From assembly GCA_963538065.1 (NCBI GenBank), contig CAUTFL010000003.1:157-64156 (forward strand): a stretch of DNA of 64,000 nucleotides, written 5' to 3'. Each line of letters begins with the position of its first letter. The stretch's first letter is position 1. A model generated the notes under the pieces. It saw nothing but the letters and a program-made list of their open reading frames with translations. It was not told the DNA's origin and made no database searches. The position numbers and the translations under genes were made by a program. Shown here one piece after another: positions 1-10,013 of the stretch. Source of the stretch: an uncultured Candidatus Saccharibacteria bacterium (GTDB lineage: Bacteria; Patescibacteriota; Saccharimonadia; Saccharimonadales; Saccharimonadaceae).

Positions 1-198
1 CATTAGGAACAGTCCTTTCTTTATTTAGTTGTTATTTGCTAACTACTATTTTACAGGATTGTTCCTTTTTTGTTGCTGATCCTTTAGGTTCGGTCTTTCA
101 AGGAGAGAGTTAAAAAGTAGAATTTATTCTGCTTTTTAATAATCGACGCAGAAAGAAAATGCGAAGCATTACTCCCGCAGAAATAATATCAAGGATAA

Positions 199-945
199 TT
201 ATCTAGACCAGAAACTATTCTCCGAAAGATTTAGAGAGCTACCTGAACCATTGTCGGCCTGCTTCTTTTTAGCGGCAGAGTCCTTGGCAGAAAGAATATT
301 CTCGCACATGGAGACTTTTTGATTGCTTTCCTCGTTACAAATATCTTCCGTGCGTAAACGATTAATCACTAGCGTAGTAGTGTAATAACCGAGACTATTG
401 GAGGCCGTGACTTTCACGATATTTTCACCGTATTTCAGAGAAAAACCTGGGCCAAAAAGCGTCGAATCGGAATCAGTCGGGAGATTATTTCTTTGGTATT
501 TTTGTCCATCCAGTTCGACGGTCCAAGTGAGGTCGAGATGCTTATTTTCGGCCGCATGATTGGTGACATCAAAATGAATTTTGCCATTACTCTCAAGAAA
601 ATTCGGCGAGTGGGGCGAATAATTTTTATCAGTGACAGTGAGGTGAATCTGGCCGTTCTTCTCTTCCCTGCGATAGAAGTCATTTTCCACGGAGCGATCA
701 ACCCAAATATTGATACCAAAGGGCGATTCGGCCTGATTATACCAACCGAAAAAGCCGCCGTGGACTAAAATTGCCGCGATGAAGAGCACCACCATGCCGC
801 CATTCATGGCAAAATTAAAGATAGCAGGGTTGTTTTTCTTATTCAAAAATCCAGCAATCGGAAAGAAAATAAAAAGAATAATCAGAATACCGAGCGGAAT
901 ATAAAGCACCAGTCCGAGTAGGATAAATGAAATCCAAAACCACAT
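199..945 (-). CDS. Hypothetical membrane-anchored protein
   Basis: 248-aa ORF with N-terminal hydrophobic helices followed by a beta-rich soluble region. Confidence 0.7.
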   Translation of the reverse strand: MWFWISFILLGLVLYIPLGILIILFIFFPIAGFLNKKNNPAIFNFAMNGGMVVLFIAAILVHGGFFGWYNQAESPFGINIWVDRSVENDFYRREEKNGQIHLTVTDKNYSPHSPNFLESNGKIHFDVTNHAAENKHLDLTWTVELDGQKYQRNNLPTDSDSTLFGPGFSLKYGENIVKVTASNSLGYYTTTLVINRLRTEDICNEESNQKVSMCENILSAKDSAAKKKQADNGSGSSLNLSENSFWSR

Positions 946-1010
946 ATGTTTATTATGCCATAAAAACCAAAAACTTGATAGAAGCTTATGGCTATTTCGA
1001 ATGAGCCAAC

Positions 1011-1036
1011 AAAAAGTACCCCGGTGGGGTACTTTT
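1011..1036. terminator. Intrinsic terminator downstream of ndk
   Basis: AAAAGTACCCC-GGT-GGGGTACTTTT hairpin with A/T tails. Confidence 0.75.
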
Positions 1037-1046
1037 ATGTTAACGA

Positions 1047-1568
1047 TTAGCGAGTATATTTTTCGTTCAAATCTTCGTAATCGTAAGTCTCAGCTTCGGT
1101 AAACCAGAGTGCGACTTCTTGCTTGGCTTCTTCGAGATTGCTAGAAGCGTGAACTAGGTTAGGCACTGGACGACCGTGAGAATTGGCGTGACCGAAACTC
1201 ATGTGCGAGAAATCACCACGAATGGTACCCATCTCGGCGGATTTTGGCTCAGTGGAACCAACAATCTTGCGAACCAAAGCGACGGCTTCGATACCTTCAA
1301 GACACATCGCGATAATTGGGCCACTCATCATGTAATCGAGATTGTAACGATAAGTTTCTTCACCACGACGAGAAATCAACTTGCCGATGCCTTCATAATG
1401 TTGCTTAAATAATTCCTGATCTGGGCTGACCATTTTCATACCGACAATTTTGAGACCAACGCGCTCAAATCTTTGTAAAATTTCACCGACGATACCACGT
1501 TGAACGGCATCCGGCTTCAAAATTACCAAAGTACGTTCAATATAATCTGTTCTTGTGTTTTCGTCCAT
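1047..1568 (-). CDS. ndk: Nucleoside-diphosphate kinase
   Basis: ERTLVILKPDAVQRG, GTIRGDF and NLVHAS (phospho-His) motifs. Confidence 0.97.
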   Translation of the reverse strand: MDENTRTDYIERTLVILKPDAVQRGIVGEILQRFERVGLKIVGMKMVSPDQELFKQHYEGIGKLISRRGEETYRYNLDYMMSGPIIAMCLEGIEAVALVRKIVGSTEPKSAEMGTIRGDFSHMSFGHANSHGRPVPNLVHASSNLEEAKQEVALWFTEAETYDYEDLNEKYTR

Positions 1569-1623
1569 GTTTTCTCCCTTATAAAATCTTGATATTTCCC
1601 CCAGTATATCACAATTTCAGAGG

Positions 1624-2781
1624 TTACTCACAACGAACTGAGTTTATCAATTCGCGACAACCGCCGGCACGGAAATTGTAATTTTCTTCGTAAGTTTTAC
1701 GAATGACTTCATACAATTCTTCGAACTTAGCATAAACCTTGGCGAGGTCGACAAATTTCAGAGGAAATTCGGTGAGTAAATTTGGGCGCTCATTACGTTC
1801 AAAATCATTAAAGGCATTTTTAGCATCATCCGCGGCGCGACGCATTTCCACAAAATCGACCGAACCATCATCCTTACTGGAAGAGTGTAACCAACGATAG
1901 GTCGCTTCATTAGCCTGAGCCTTGAGGGTGGCCCACTTTTCACCATAATCTTTTAGGCGCTGATTACCAGATTCGCGCAGGATTTTGGTAGCATTAAGAA
2001 TATCAGCCTCGGTCCAGTCGGAAGTCTTATTACCTTCGATCACACTCCATTTATGCCAGACGGCGTAGAGGTCGAGAGCTTTATTAATATCTTCATCACC
2101 ACCATTTGTGGCGTTAAAAACTGTACGGAAGGCATCAAATTTGCGACCAATCTCTGGATCTTTCAGAACGCCGGCAGAATCGCCAAGCTTAGTGACCAAA
2201 TTACTGTCGATACCGGCCATATTTTGCTTACAATCTTCGATATATTTCTGATAAATCTCATTAGAAGTGGCGGAATTCGAAGCGTATTCAGAGATTTTGT
2301 TACAGCTAACATCGCCACGAATTTTAGTAATTTGATTTTTAATTTCTTTCGCCGTGGAATAAGTCACAGAATAATCCGTCTTAAACGCTCCGGTGGCCTG
2401 GCCGATAATGGTGACGAGAATAGCTAAAACAATGAGACTAGCAGGAGCGGCAATCATGATAATTTTTTGGCGCTTGGTGGCATGAGTGAAAAAATCTTTG
2501 GCGCGCTGGATCAGATTGAGTTTGGTACGCTCTTTTTTGACCGGAGCTTCGGGAGCGGCATTAGGGCCGACGCCGGCTGGAAAACCGTTCGAAAGCACAT
2601 CGCCAGAAGTTGGAGCTTTTTCTTCAATCACCACAGAACTACCAGAAGTTGGTTCATACTCGACACGCTTCCCTACCATATCAATTTGACTTTTGACAAC
2701 CGTTTCATCATATTGGATTTGTTTGGCATTTTGGTTATTTTGGTCGCTAAAGAGTTCGCTTACAGAATCAGTTTTATCCAT
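1624..2781 (-). CDS. Hypothetical single-TM protein
   Basis: ORF with one TM segment; ATG at 2781 lies 6 nt after a TATAAT box. Confidence 0.75.
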   Translation of the reverse strand: MDKTDSVSELFSDQNNQNAKQIQYDETVVKSQIDMVGKRVEYEPTSGSSVVIEEKAPTSGDVLSNGFPAGVGPNAAPEAPVKKERTKLNLIQRAKDFFTHATKRQKIIMIAAPASLIVLAILVTIIGQATGAFKTDYSVTYSTAKEIKNQITKIRGDVSCNKISEYASNSATSNEIYQKYIEDCKQNMAGIDSNLVTKLGDSAGVLKDPEIGRKFDAFRTVFNATNGGDEDINKALDLYAVWHKWSVIEGNKTSDWTEADILNATKILRESGNQRLKDYGEKWATLKAQANEATYRWLHSSSKDDGSVDFVEMRRAADDAKNAFNDFERNERPNLLTEFPLKFVDLAKVYAKFEELYEVIRKTYEENYNFRAGGCRELINSVRCE

Positions 2782-2817
2782 AATCACATTATAGCATAAG
2801 GTGTTATAATTACTCTT

Positions 2818-3762
2818 ATGGATATTTCTGAATTAGTGGCAGATTTTTTGGAATCACTGGAAATTGAAAAAGGTCGTTCAACGAAAACCGTAGAAAACTA
2901 TGGGCTTTACTTGGCACGATTTATTGATCTAATTACCGAAGATTTCGAAGGTCAAGAAATGATTAAACCTTCCGATATTACACCGGAGATTTTACGCCGT
3001 TTCCGTTTGAAGTTAAATCGGTTTTCGGATAATCAAAACAAGGAGCGTTTATCGGCGCTAACTCAGAGCTACCACTTGATTGCGCTGCGTGGATTTTTCA
3101 AATATTTAGCCAAGCGTGGAATTAAAAGCTTAGATCCTTCCCTAATTGATTTACCACGAGCCGCCAAAAAGCAGGTAACTTTTTTACACTTCGATGAAAT
3201 CGAAAGATTGCTAGCAGAAATTCCACTAGATACCGAATCGGGACTAAGAGACCGCGCGATTATTGAATTACTGTTTTCTGGCGGACTACGTGTATCGGAA
3301 CTTTGTAGCTTGAATCGCGATTCGATTAATTTGGAACGCCGAGAATTTATGGTGCGCGGTAAAGGCAAAAAAGACCGACCGATTTTTATTGATAAATCTA
3401 CGGCGGAATGTATCGAAGATTACTTGAATATGCGAACCGATACTTTGCCTGCACTGTTCCTAAATAATTCTGCGAATCAACAAATTCCATCTACGAGTGG
3501 TGATTTTCGCAGATTAACACCACGTTCAATCGAGCGAATTGTACAAAAATATACGAGGCTGGCCGGGATTACTAAACATGTGACGCCACACACGATGCGC
3601 CATAGTTTTGCGACTGATCTTTTGATGAACGGCGCGGATATTCGTTCAGTGCAAAGTTTGCTGGGGCATGCAAATATTTCCACTACGCAAATTTATACCC
3701 ATATTACCGACCCACACCTAAAAGAAGTGCACGAAAAATTTCATAGCGAATCGGAAGACTAG
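2818..3762 (+). CDS. XerC/XerD-family tyrosine recombinase
   Basis: LRDRAIIELLFSGGLRVSEL, GKGKKDR, HTMRHSFAT, LLGHANISTTQIY catalytic motifs. Confidence 0.95.
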   Translation: MDISELVADFLESLEIEKGRSTKTVENYGLYLARFIDLITEDFEGQEMIKPSDITPEILRRFRLKLNRFSDNQNKERLSALTQSYHLIALRGFFKYLAKRGIKSLDPSLIDLPRAAKKQVTFLHFDEIERLLAEIPLDTESGLRDRAIIELLFSGGLRVSELCSLNRDSINLERREFMVRGKGKKDRPIFIDKSTAECIEDYLNMRTDTLPALFLNNSANQQIPSTSGDFRRLTPRSIERIVQKYTRLAGITKHVTPHTMRHSFATDLLMNGADIRSVQSLLGHANISTTQIYTHITDPHLKEVHEKFHSESED

Positions 3763-4688
3763 TAAACAAGAAAAACTAGACGCAGAATTTCAGTCTGAAA
3801 GAAAAGGGTAATCATACAGGCTAGAATGATATAGGGGGCAAAACCGAAAGGTTGACGATTTTTGGGATTTTTTAACATGCGGTAATTAAAAATAGCGGCC
3901 AGTAAATTAGATAAGCCGAGCTCAATAACGCCGAGTTCCCAGCGCCCAAGCAGGAGTGCGACAGAGATTAAAAGGATAAAATCACCACCACCAACTAAGG
4001 TTTCTTTTGAGAATTTATAGAGTACAAAGTAGATACCTGGCAGAACCAACATGGCGCCTAAGAAACGCGAGAAATCACGTAGTAAATATTGCCAAATATC
4101 TTGCAGGTGTAGAGAATTTTTCACTAATATGACTTCATTACCACGGGTTTCAATTAATAAATTGAGTCCGTATTTAGTATATAAATTAAAGAGAAAATAA
4201 ATTCCAGACAAAATAATCACGAGACGAAGTAGATTAACTGGTAGTTCTAACCATTTCTTGTCATAAACCAGTAGTATCCACATAATGGTAAAAATTGCGA
4301 AGAGAAGTAAGAGTTTAATAATTTCAAAAATAACTAGAGGCGCGACAGCTAGTGAACCGACATGTTGCAAGATTTGTTGAATTAACGAGCCAGTGTGAAA
4401 AGCAAAACTGGCAAAGATTATAGCCATCATAATTTCGGAAAAAATTTCAATCAGGCCGATTTTGGCTTTACATTTTTTACATTTGCCGCCGAGAAAGAGC
4501 CAAGAAAAGATCGGGATAAGTTCAAGCCGACTCAGGCGATGTCCACAATGAAGACACACGGAGCGATTCCCTAGTTTCCTACCTTCTGAGTGCAGGCGAA
4601 TACGCCAAGCCTGGCAGCAAGCAAAAGAGCCGAGAATGGCACCGAAAATTGCGCCGAAAATTAGAAAAATCCACTGAAGTTCAAACAT
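3759..4688 (-). CDS. pilD: Type IV prepilin peptidase (A24)
   Basis: GSF, RSVCLHC...GGKCKKC Zn motifs, YD and GGGD aspartates, FAPY; multiple TMs. Confidence 0.9.
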   Translation of the reverse strand: MFELQWIFLIFGAIFGAILGSFACCQAWRIRLHSEGRKLGNRSVCLHCGHRLSRLELIPIFSWLFLGGKCKKCKAKIGLIEIFSEIMMAIIFASFAFHTGSLIQQILQHVGSLAVAPLVIFEIIKLLLLFAIFTIMWILLVYDKKWLELPVNLLRLVIILSGIYFLFNLYTKYGLNLLIETRGNEVILVKNSLHLQDIWQYLLRDFSRFLGAMLVLPGIYFVLYKFSKETLVGGGDFILLISVALLLGRWELGVIELGLSNLLAAIFNYRMLKNPKNRQPFGFAPYIILACMITLFFQTEILRLVFLVY

Positions 4689-4805
4689 TTTATAAATTTC
4701 CCGATAATGGTTTAGCTTTATTTTAGCATAAACCTCTTGAATTTTTGGTACGTAAAGCTTATGATTGGGTTATAGATAAACAAAGTCTCAGAAAGGAACA
4801 GACAT

Positions 4806-5456
4806 ATGTTTAAGCAAAATAAAAATTTTAAACATGGGTTTACCATCATCGAAGTGGTGCTCGTTTTGGCGGTCGCAGCAATGATCTTCCTCATGGTCTT
4901 TATTGCACTCCCTGCAATGCAAATCATGCAAAGAGATACTGCACGTGCTAACGACGTAAACCGTATCACCACCCAATTAAACTCATATCAATCTAACAAT
5001 AACCAAAAAATTCCTAGCTTGGATAAAGATGCCTACGTGAGTGGTCACACAGATGTCGATAATGACGTCTTCAAAGCCGCCGAACGTACTTCCTGGGCTT
5101 ATTTCTATGATGCATATCTAATCGGAACTGATACCAAGCAGAAATTCTCTGACCCAGATGGTCAACCATATAGCTTGGAGATTAGCTCCTGCAAGGCAGC
5201 TGATAGCTACGATCCAGAATCCAAGGAATGTAAGAATGGTCAACGCACTCACTACACCTTCACTCAACAATCTGAAGGTACCGAAGATAACACTTCAAAC
5301 GACCGTTACGCATCCAAGGGTAATGCTGGTCACACTGTGAGTATTGTGGTGAACTCTTCCTGTGATGGTGAAACTGCCGTCCACTCTACTGGTGGTAACA
5401 AAGTTTCCGTCCTTTACAAGCGTGAAGGTGGTGGTGTAATCTGCCGCTCAATCTAA
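4806..5456 (+). CDS. Type IV pilin-like protein
   Basis: Class III signal KHG|FTIIEVVLVLAV followed by QRDTAR. Confidence 0.92.
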   Translation: MFKQNKNFKHGFTIIEVVLVLAVAAMIFLMVFIALPAMQIMQRDTARANDVNRITTQLNSYQSNNNQKIPSLDKDAYVSGHTDVDNDVFKAAERTSWAYFYDAYLIGTDTKQKFSDPDGQPYSLEISSCKAADSYDPESKECKNGQRTHYTFTQQSEGTEDNTSNDRYASKGNAGHTVSIVVNSSCDGETAVHSTGGNKVSVLYKREGGGVICRSI

Positions 5457-5471
5457 TTTAGCTTGAATCAG

Positions 5472-5499
5472 AAAATCTCCCAGCGATGGGAGATTTTTT
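5472..5499. terminator. Bidirectional intrinsic terminator
   Basis: AAAATCTCCCA-GCGA-TGGGAGATTTT between convergent genes. Confidence 0.85.
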
Positions 5500-5507
5500 A
5501 TATGATT

Positions 5508-6197
5508 TTACCATTTAATTTCTTGAAGGTGATGAGATTTGAGAAATTGATTAGCCTGAGAAAATGGTTTGGAGCCAAAAAATCCGCGATAGTCTGAAAG
5601 CGGCGAGGGGTGAGCTGATTGTAGAACTAGGTGCCTCGATTGGTCGATAAACTTGGCTTTAGTCTGAGCATCAGAACCCCAGAGAATAAATACGGCGTGC
5701 GGGAGTTTGGTGCTAAGCATCTTTACACAATCTTCCGTAATTTGCTCCCAGCCGATTTGACGGTGTGAGCCGGCATGGCCTTTTTCGACGGTTAACACAT
5801 TATTGAGGAGAAAGACCCCTTGTTCGAGCCATGGCGTGAGGTCGCCGTTTTGGATAATAGTTTGACCAAGGTCAGATTTTACCTCTTTTAAAATATTTCG
5901 GAGACTGGGAGCGAGCTTAGGGGTTTGCACCGAAAAAGCCAAACCATCTGCCACACCTGGGGTGTGATAGGGGTCTTGACCAAGAATCACTACCTTAATC
6001 TTTTCGAGAGGTAACTGGAAAACTCTAAAAATCTGTGCAGGAGCGGGATAGATTTCTTGGTAGCCTGACGAGTCTGAATTAAAAAAATCTAGCAAGGAGT
6101 CGAATTTTCCGGATGCAAGCTCAGCCTGAAAAAACTCACGAAATTCTGGCGACAAATCGGTTGAGGCAAGGAGTTCCGTGAGATTAATTCTAGTCAT
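5508..6197 (-). CDS. ung: Uracil-DNA glycosylase (family 1)
   Basis: VVILGQDPYH, GLAFS and HPSPLS motifs; start placed at MTRINL just after the upstream stop. Confidence 0.95.
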   Translation of the reverse strand: MTRINLTELLASTDLSPEFREFFQAELASGKFDSLLDFFNSDSSGYQEIYPAPAQIFRVFQLPLEKIKVVILGQDPYHTPGVADGLAFSVQTPKLAPSLRNILKEVKSDLGQTIIQNGDLTPWLEQGVFLLNNVLTVEKGHAGSHRQIGWEQITEDCVKMLSTKLPHAVFILWGSDAQTKAKFIDQSRHLVLQSAHPSPLSDYRGFFGSKPFSQANQFLKSHHLQEIKW

Positions 6198-6198
6198 A

Positions 6199-8010
6199 TT
6201 ATTCTGCTTCTTCGGAAAATTGGGAATTATAAAGTTCAGCATAGAAACCATCAAGCTTCATCAATTCATCATGATTGCCATGCTCGACAATATTTCCCTC
6301 TTTCATCACGAGGATAATGTCGGCGTTGCGAATGGTCGAGAGGCGGTGCGCAATCACGAAGGAAGTACGACCTTCGGTGAGCTTATCAAAAGCGCGCTGA
6401 ATAATTTGCTCAGTGCGCGTATCGACATTGGAAGTGGCTTCATCTAGAATCATCATTTTCGGATTAGTAATAATGGCGCGGGTAATGGTGAGAAGCTGTT
6501 TTTCACCGGCGGAAATATTATCAGAATCTTCAGAGATTTTAGTCTCGTAGCCATCTGGAAGTGACTTGATAAAATGGTCGATACCAGTCATCTTGGCAGC
6601 GGCTTCGACCTGCTCGAAAGTAACATTAGAGGCACCGTATTTAAGGTTTTCTAAGATAGTACCTGAGAATAGCCATGTATCTTGCAATACCATACCGAAA
6701 AGACTACGAACTTCACTACGTTTCATTTGTTTGGTGGAGATGCCATCGATTTTAATTTCTCCACTTTGAATATCATAGAAGCGCATGAGAAGGCTAACGA
6801 TAGTAGTCTTGCCGGCACCAGTTGGCCCGACAATAGCCACCTGCATGCCTGGATCGATTTTGACAGAAAAATCTTTAATGATTGGCTTGACGCCATCGTA
6901 GCTAAAGTTAACATGGGAAAATTCGACTTCACCACGGAATTTACCATCCTTGGTGATAGCTCTAAATTGACTAGTAAAATCTTCAGCATCTTCTTCCAGT
7001 TCTTCGAGAAAGTTAAAAACGCGGTCAGCGGCAGCCAAGGTTTGCTGAATAGTAGAAGAAAGCTGCGCAGTATCAGCAATTGGCTGAGTGAAACGACTAA
7101 CATACTGCAAGAATGCCAGAATACTACCAACAGTGAGAGCACCAATTAGAGCATAGTAGCCACCGAGCAGACAAATTCCAACAAAAGCTAAATCGAGAAA
7201 AAGGTGGGTGATAGGGTAGGTGAGTGAACCATAAAATTCACCCTTAAAAGTTTCCTGATAGAGTTTTTCGTTGACAGTAGCAAAATCTTGTTTGGATTTT
7301 TCCGCGTGATTATTAGCCTTGATGATGAGCTGGCCACCATAATTTTCTTCGATTTCAGAGTTTAATTTACCGAGAGTTTTGCGTTGCTTTTTGTAATATT
7401 CTGAACCCTTCTTTACAACTTTAGAAACGGCAAGCATGGAGATTGGTACTACAATTACAGAAACGGCCGACATGGGAATGGAGATATAAATCATCATACC
7501 AAGGTAACCAACCAGAAGCGTGAAGTTAGTAATAACTTGAGAAAGGGTTTGCGAGAGTGAAGAAGCGATAGTTTCCACATCGTTAGTCATAATCGACATG
7601 GTGTCACCATTTTGAGTTTTATCAAAATAGGACATCGGCAAACGCGAAAACTTAGCTAGAATTTGGCGCTTCATTTCTTTGGCATATTTAGCCGAAATCA
7701 GAGCTGCTACGTAACCCTCAATGTAACTCACGATAGCAGAGATAAGGTAGAGACCGACTAGGGTTAAAAGTAGTGAGCTGATACGAGTGAAATTAATTTC
7801 CTGACCAGCACGCAAAGCATCAAAAGCTTCAGTAGTAATGAGGCCCAAAAGATATGGACCAGCCACTACAAGCCCAGCCGACAATAGAGCAAGCAGCGCC
7901 GAGCCGAGCAAGCCAAAACGATATTTTTTAACAGAAGCGAGGAAGCGCTTAATAGTCTGTTTAGAGGCTCGAGTAGTTTTCTTTTGAGTGCTTTTTGAAT
8001 TTTTAGACAT
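6199..8010 (-). CDS. ABC exporter, fused permease/ATPase (heterodimer subunit)
   Basis: TMD plus GPTGAGKT, ISAGEKQ, ILDEAT, IAHRLST. Confidence 0.95.
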   Translation of the reverse strand: MSKNSKSTQKKTTRASKQTIKRFLASVKKYRFGLLGSALLALLSAGLVVAGPYLLGLITTEAFDALRAGQEINFTRISSLLLTLVGLYLISAIVSYIEGYVAALISAKYAKEMKRQILAKFSRLPMSYFDKTQNGDTMSIMTNDVETIASSLSQTLSQVITNFTLLVGYLGMMIYISIPMSAVSVIVVPISMLAVSKVVKKGSEYYKKQRKTLGKLNSEIEENYGGQLIIKANNHAEKSKQDFATVNEKLYQETFKGEFYGSLTYPITHLFLDLAFVGICLLGGYYALIGALTVGSILAFLQYVSRFTQPIADTAQLSSTIQQTLAAADRVFNFLEELEEDAEDFTSQFRAITKDGKFRGEVEFSHVNFSYDGVKPIIKDFSVKIDPGMQVAIVGPTGAGKTTIVSLLMRFYDIQSGEIKIDGISTKQMKRSEVRSLFGMVLQDTWLFSGTILENLKYGASNVTFEQVEAAAKMTGIDHFIKSLPDGYETKISEDSDNISAGEKQLLTITRAIITNPKMMILDEATSNVDTRTEQIIQRAFDKLTEGRTSFVIAHRLSTIRNADIILVMKEGNIVEHGNHDELMKLDGFYAELYNSQFSEEAE

Positions 8011-8011
8011 A

Positions 8012-9781
8012 TTATTTTCCCTCCTTAGCCTGGCGCATTTCATCCGCAAATTCTTCTTCCGAGAATTGGGACTTCGCGATTTCTTGGTAAACCTTACATT
8101 TTTTCAAGAGTTCCAAATGAGTCCCTTTCCCTACCATCTTGCCCTGGTCGAGCACAATAATTTGCTCAGCTTCTTTAATCGTACTAATACGTTGCGCTAC
8201 AATTAACACGACAGTATCCTGAATTTCCGACTTCAAATCTTCTCGGAGCTTCTTGTCAGTCTTCATGTCAAGAGCCGAAAAAGCATCATCGAAAATTAAA
8301 ATTTCAGGTTGCTTGGCTAAAGCACGAGCGATGGCGAGACGCTGTCTTTGACCACCAGAAACATTGGTACCACCTTGAGAAATTGGCGCATCGTATTGGT
8401 CTTTTAGCTTAGTGACAAATTCCTCAGCTTGAGCAATTTTAGCGGCATGACGCATACGCGCATCAAGTTCCGATTTTTTAAGATTTTCAACACCATAAAG
8501 AATATTGCTGCGCACGGTGCCAGTAAAAAGATAACCACGCTGCGGAACGTAACCGATTTTATCCATAAGGGCATTTTCGGTATATTCCTTAATATTGAGA
8601 TTATTAATTAAAACCTCACCCTCGGTGGCGTCGAAGAAACGTGGCACGAGATTAATTAAAGTTGATTTACCAGAACCAGTGGAACCAATAAAGGCGGTAG
8701 TTTGCCCAGATTTAGCCACAAAAGAAATATCCTCGATGATGGCTTCAGATTTTTTACCATAGGAAAAAGTCACATGCTTAAATTCCACGGAAGGAACCTC
8801 GCTAGACGTTTCAGTCATTTGGTCCTTGAAAGTGATTTGGCTCTTAGTTTCAAGAACTTCAGAGATACGCTTACTTGAAACATTACCGCGAGGGATCATA
8901 ACAAAGAGAAAAGTTAAGAAGAGGAAGGACATGAGAACCTGCGCAGAATATTGCGAGAAGGCAATCATGCGACCGAGATAACTCATATCGGTATGAAGAT
9001 TAGAAACACCAATGAAGATAATGAGAACGGCGGAAAGATTAAAAACTAGATTCACTACTGGCTGCTGAAAAGCCATAACTTTAGAAATATAAATATCCGT
9101 GTTTTTTAATTTTTCATTGCTGCGCTCAAATTTATTTTCTTCGTATTTCTGCTTATTAAGCGCGCGAATCACCTTGATACCAGTAAGATTTTCACGCGTA
9201 ATGGAATTGATTTTATCCAAGATTTTTTGGTAGACCTTAAATTTTGGAATGGCAAGACTGATTAAAATCGCCGCCTGAATAAAGAGAATGGCCACCGAAA
9301 CGGCAATAATCCAAGTCATGTTCGGCGCAGTACGAAAAGCCTGAATAATCGCCCCGATTGCCATAAATGGCACGCGCACCATCATGGTGAGACTCATAAT
9401 CAGAGTACGCTGAACGGTCCAGATATCGGCGGTGGTACGAGTAATGAGTGAAGCGGTAGAAAATTTTTCGACGTCAGTAAAAGAAAGCGACATCACCTTG
9501 GCGAAGACGTCCTTGCGCATATCCATAGCGACGCGACTACTTACTTTGGCGGAAAAATAAGATGAAACAATACTACCAAGTGAGCCCAGTGCGGTCACAC
9601 CGAGCATGAGTAGGCCGGTTTGAAAAATGAAGCTCATATTAGATTCGGCTACGCCTTTATTCATAATATCTGAACTGAGGGCTGGAAGTTCAAGAGCAGT
9701 ATAAACTTGAAGTGCAACACCCAAGACAATTAAAAGGCATTGCCAAAAATAAGGTTTTAAATATTTGATAGATTTTAGCAT
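8012..9781 (-). CDS. ABC exporter, fused permease/ATPase (heterodimer subunit with degenerate site)
   Basis: TMD plus GSTGSGKS, VSGGQRQ, IFDDAF, VAQR. Confidence 0.95.
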   Translation of the reverse strand: MLKSIKYLKPYFWQCLLIVLGVALQVYTALELPALSSDIMNKGVAESNMSFIFQTGLLMLGVTALGSLGSIVSSYFSAKVSSRVAMDMRKDVFAKVMSLSFTDVEKFSTASLITRTTADIWTVQRTLIMSLTMMVRVPFMAIGAIIQAFRTAPNMTWIIAVSVAILFIQAAILISLAIPKFKVYQKILDKINSITRENLTGIKVIRALNKQKYEENKFERSNEKLKNTDIYISKVMAFQQPVVNLVFNLSAVLIIFIGVSNLHTDMSYLGRMIAFSQYSAQVLMSFLFLTFLFVMIPRGNVSSKRISEVLETKSQITFKDQMTETSSEVPSVEFKHVTFSYGKKSEAIIEDISFVAKSGQTTAFIGSTGSGKSTLINLVPRFFDATEGEVLINNLNIKEYTENALMDKIGYVPQRGYLFTGTVRSNILYGVENLKKSELDARMRHAAKIAQAEEFVTKLKDQYDAPISQGGTNVSGGQRQRLAIARALAKQPEILIFDDAFSALDMKTDKKLREDLKSEIQDTVVLIVAQRISTIKEAEQIIVLDQGKMVGKGTHLELLKKCKVYQEIAKSQFSEEEFADEMRQAKEGK

Positions 9782-9830
9782 GTTTGTTCCTTCTGAATAA
9801 ATAATTATAACAAAAAATCCTAAATTAAGT

Positions 9831-9996
9831 AAGGAGAATGCCGCTTACCTCGTTCCAGAGACGCTCTAGGGAAAGAATGTCGCATGCCTTTTATCGGACC
9901 GCTCAAGGGGAGAGAACGCCGCATACCCCGTTCCGGAGACACTCAAGGCCGTTCGGCCAAGCTTATGCTCCGTCAGAGGTAAGCGGCATTCTCTTT
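9831..9996. repeat. GC-rich element with an 18-bp terminal inverted repeat and three degenerate ~39-bp tandem units
   Basis: GAGAATGCCGCTTACCTC (9834-9851) / GAGGTAAGCGGCATTCTC (9976-9993); units start near 9833, 9872 and 9911. Confidence 0.8.
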
Positions 9997-10013
9997 AATA
10001 AAAGTCTAAGACT

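Noticed and set aside
2818..3762. Prophage or integron integrase
   Set aside because: Looks like a housekeeping Xer among core genes; no phage genes, attC array or dif site recognised nearby
9831..9996. CRISPR array
   Set aside because: The units are contiguous and degenerate with no unique spacers, and there are no cas genes in the window
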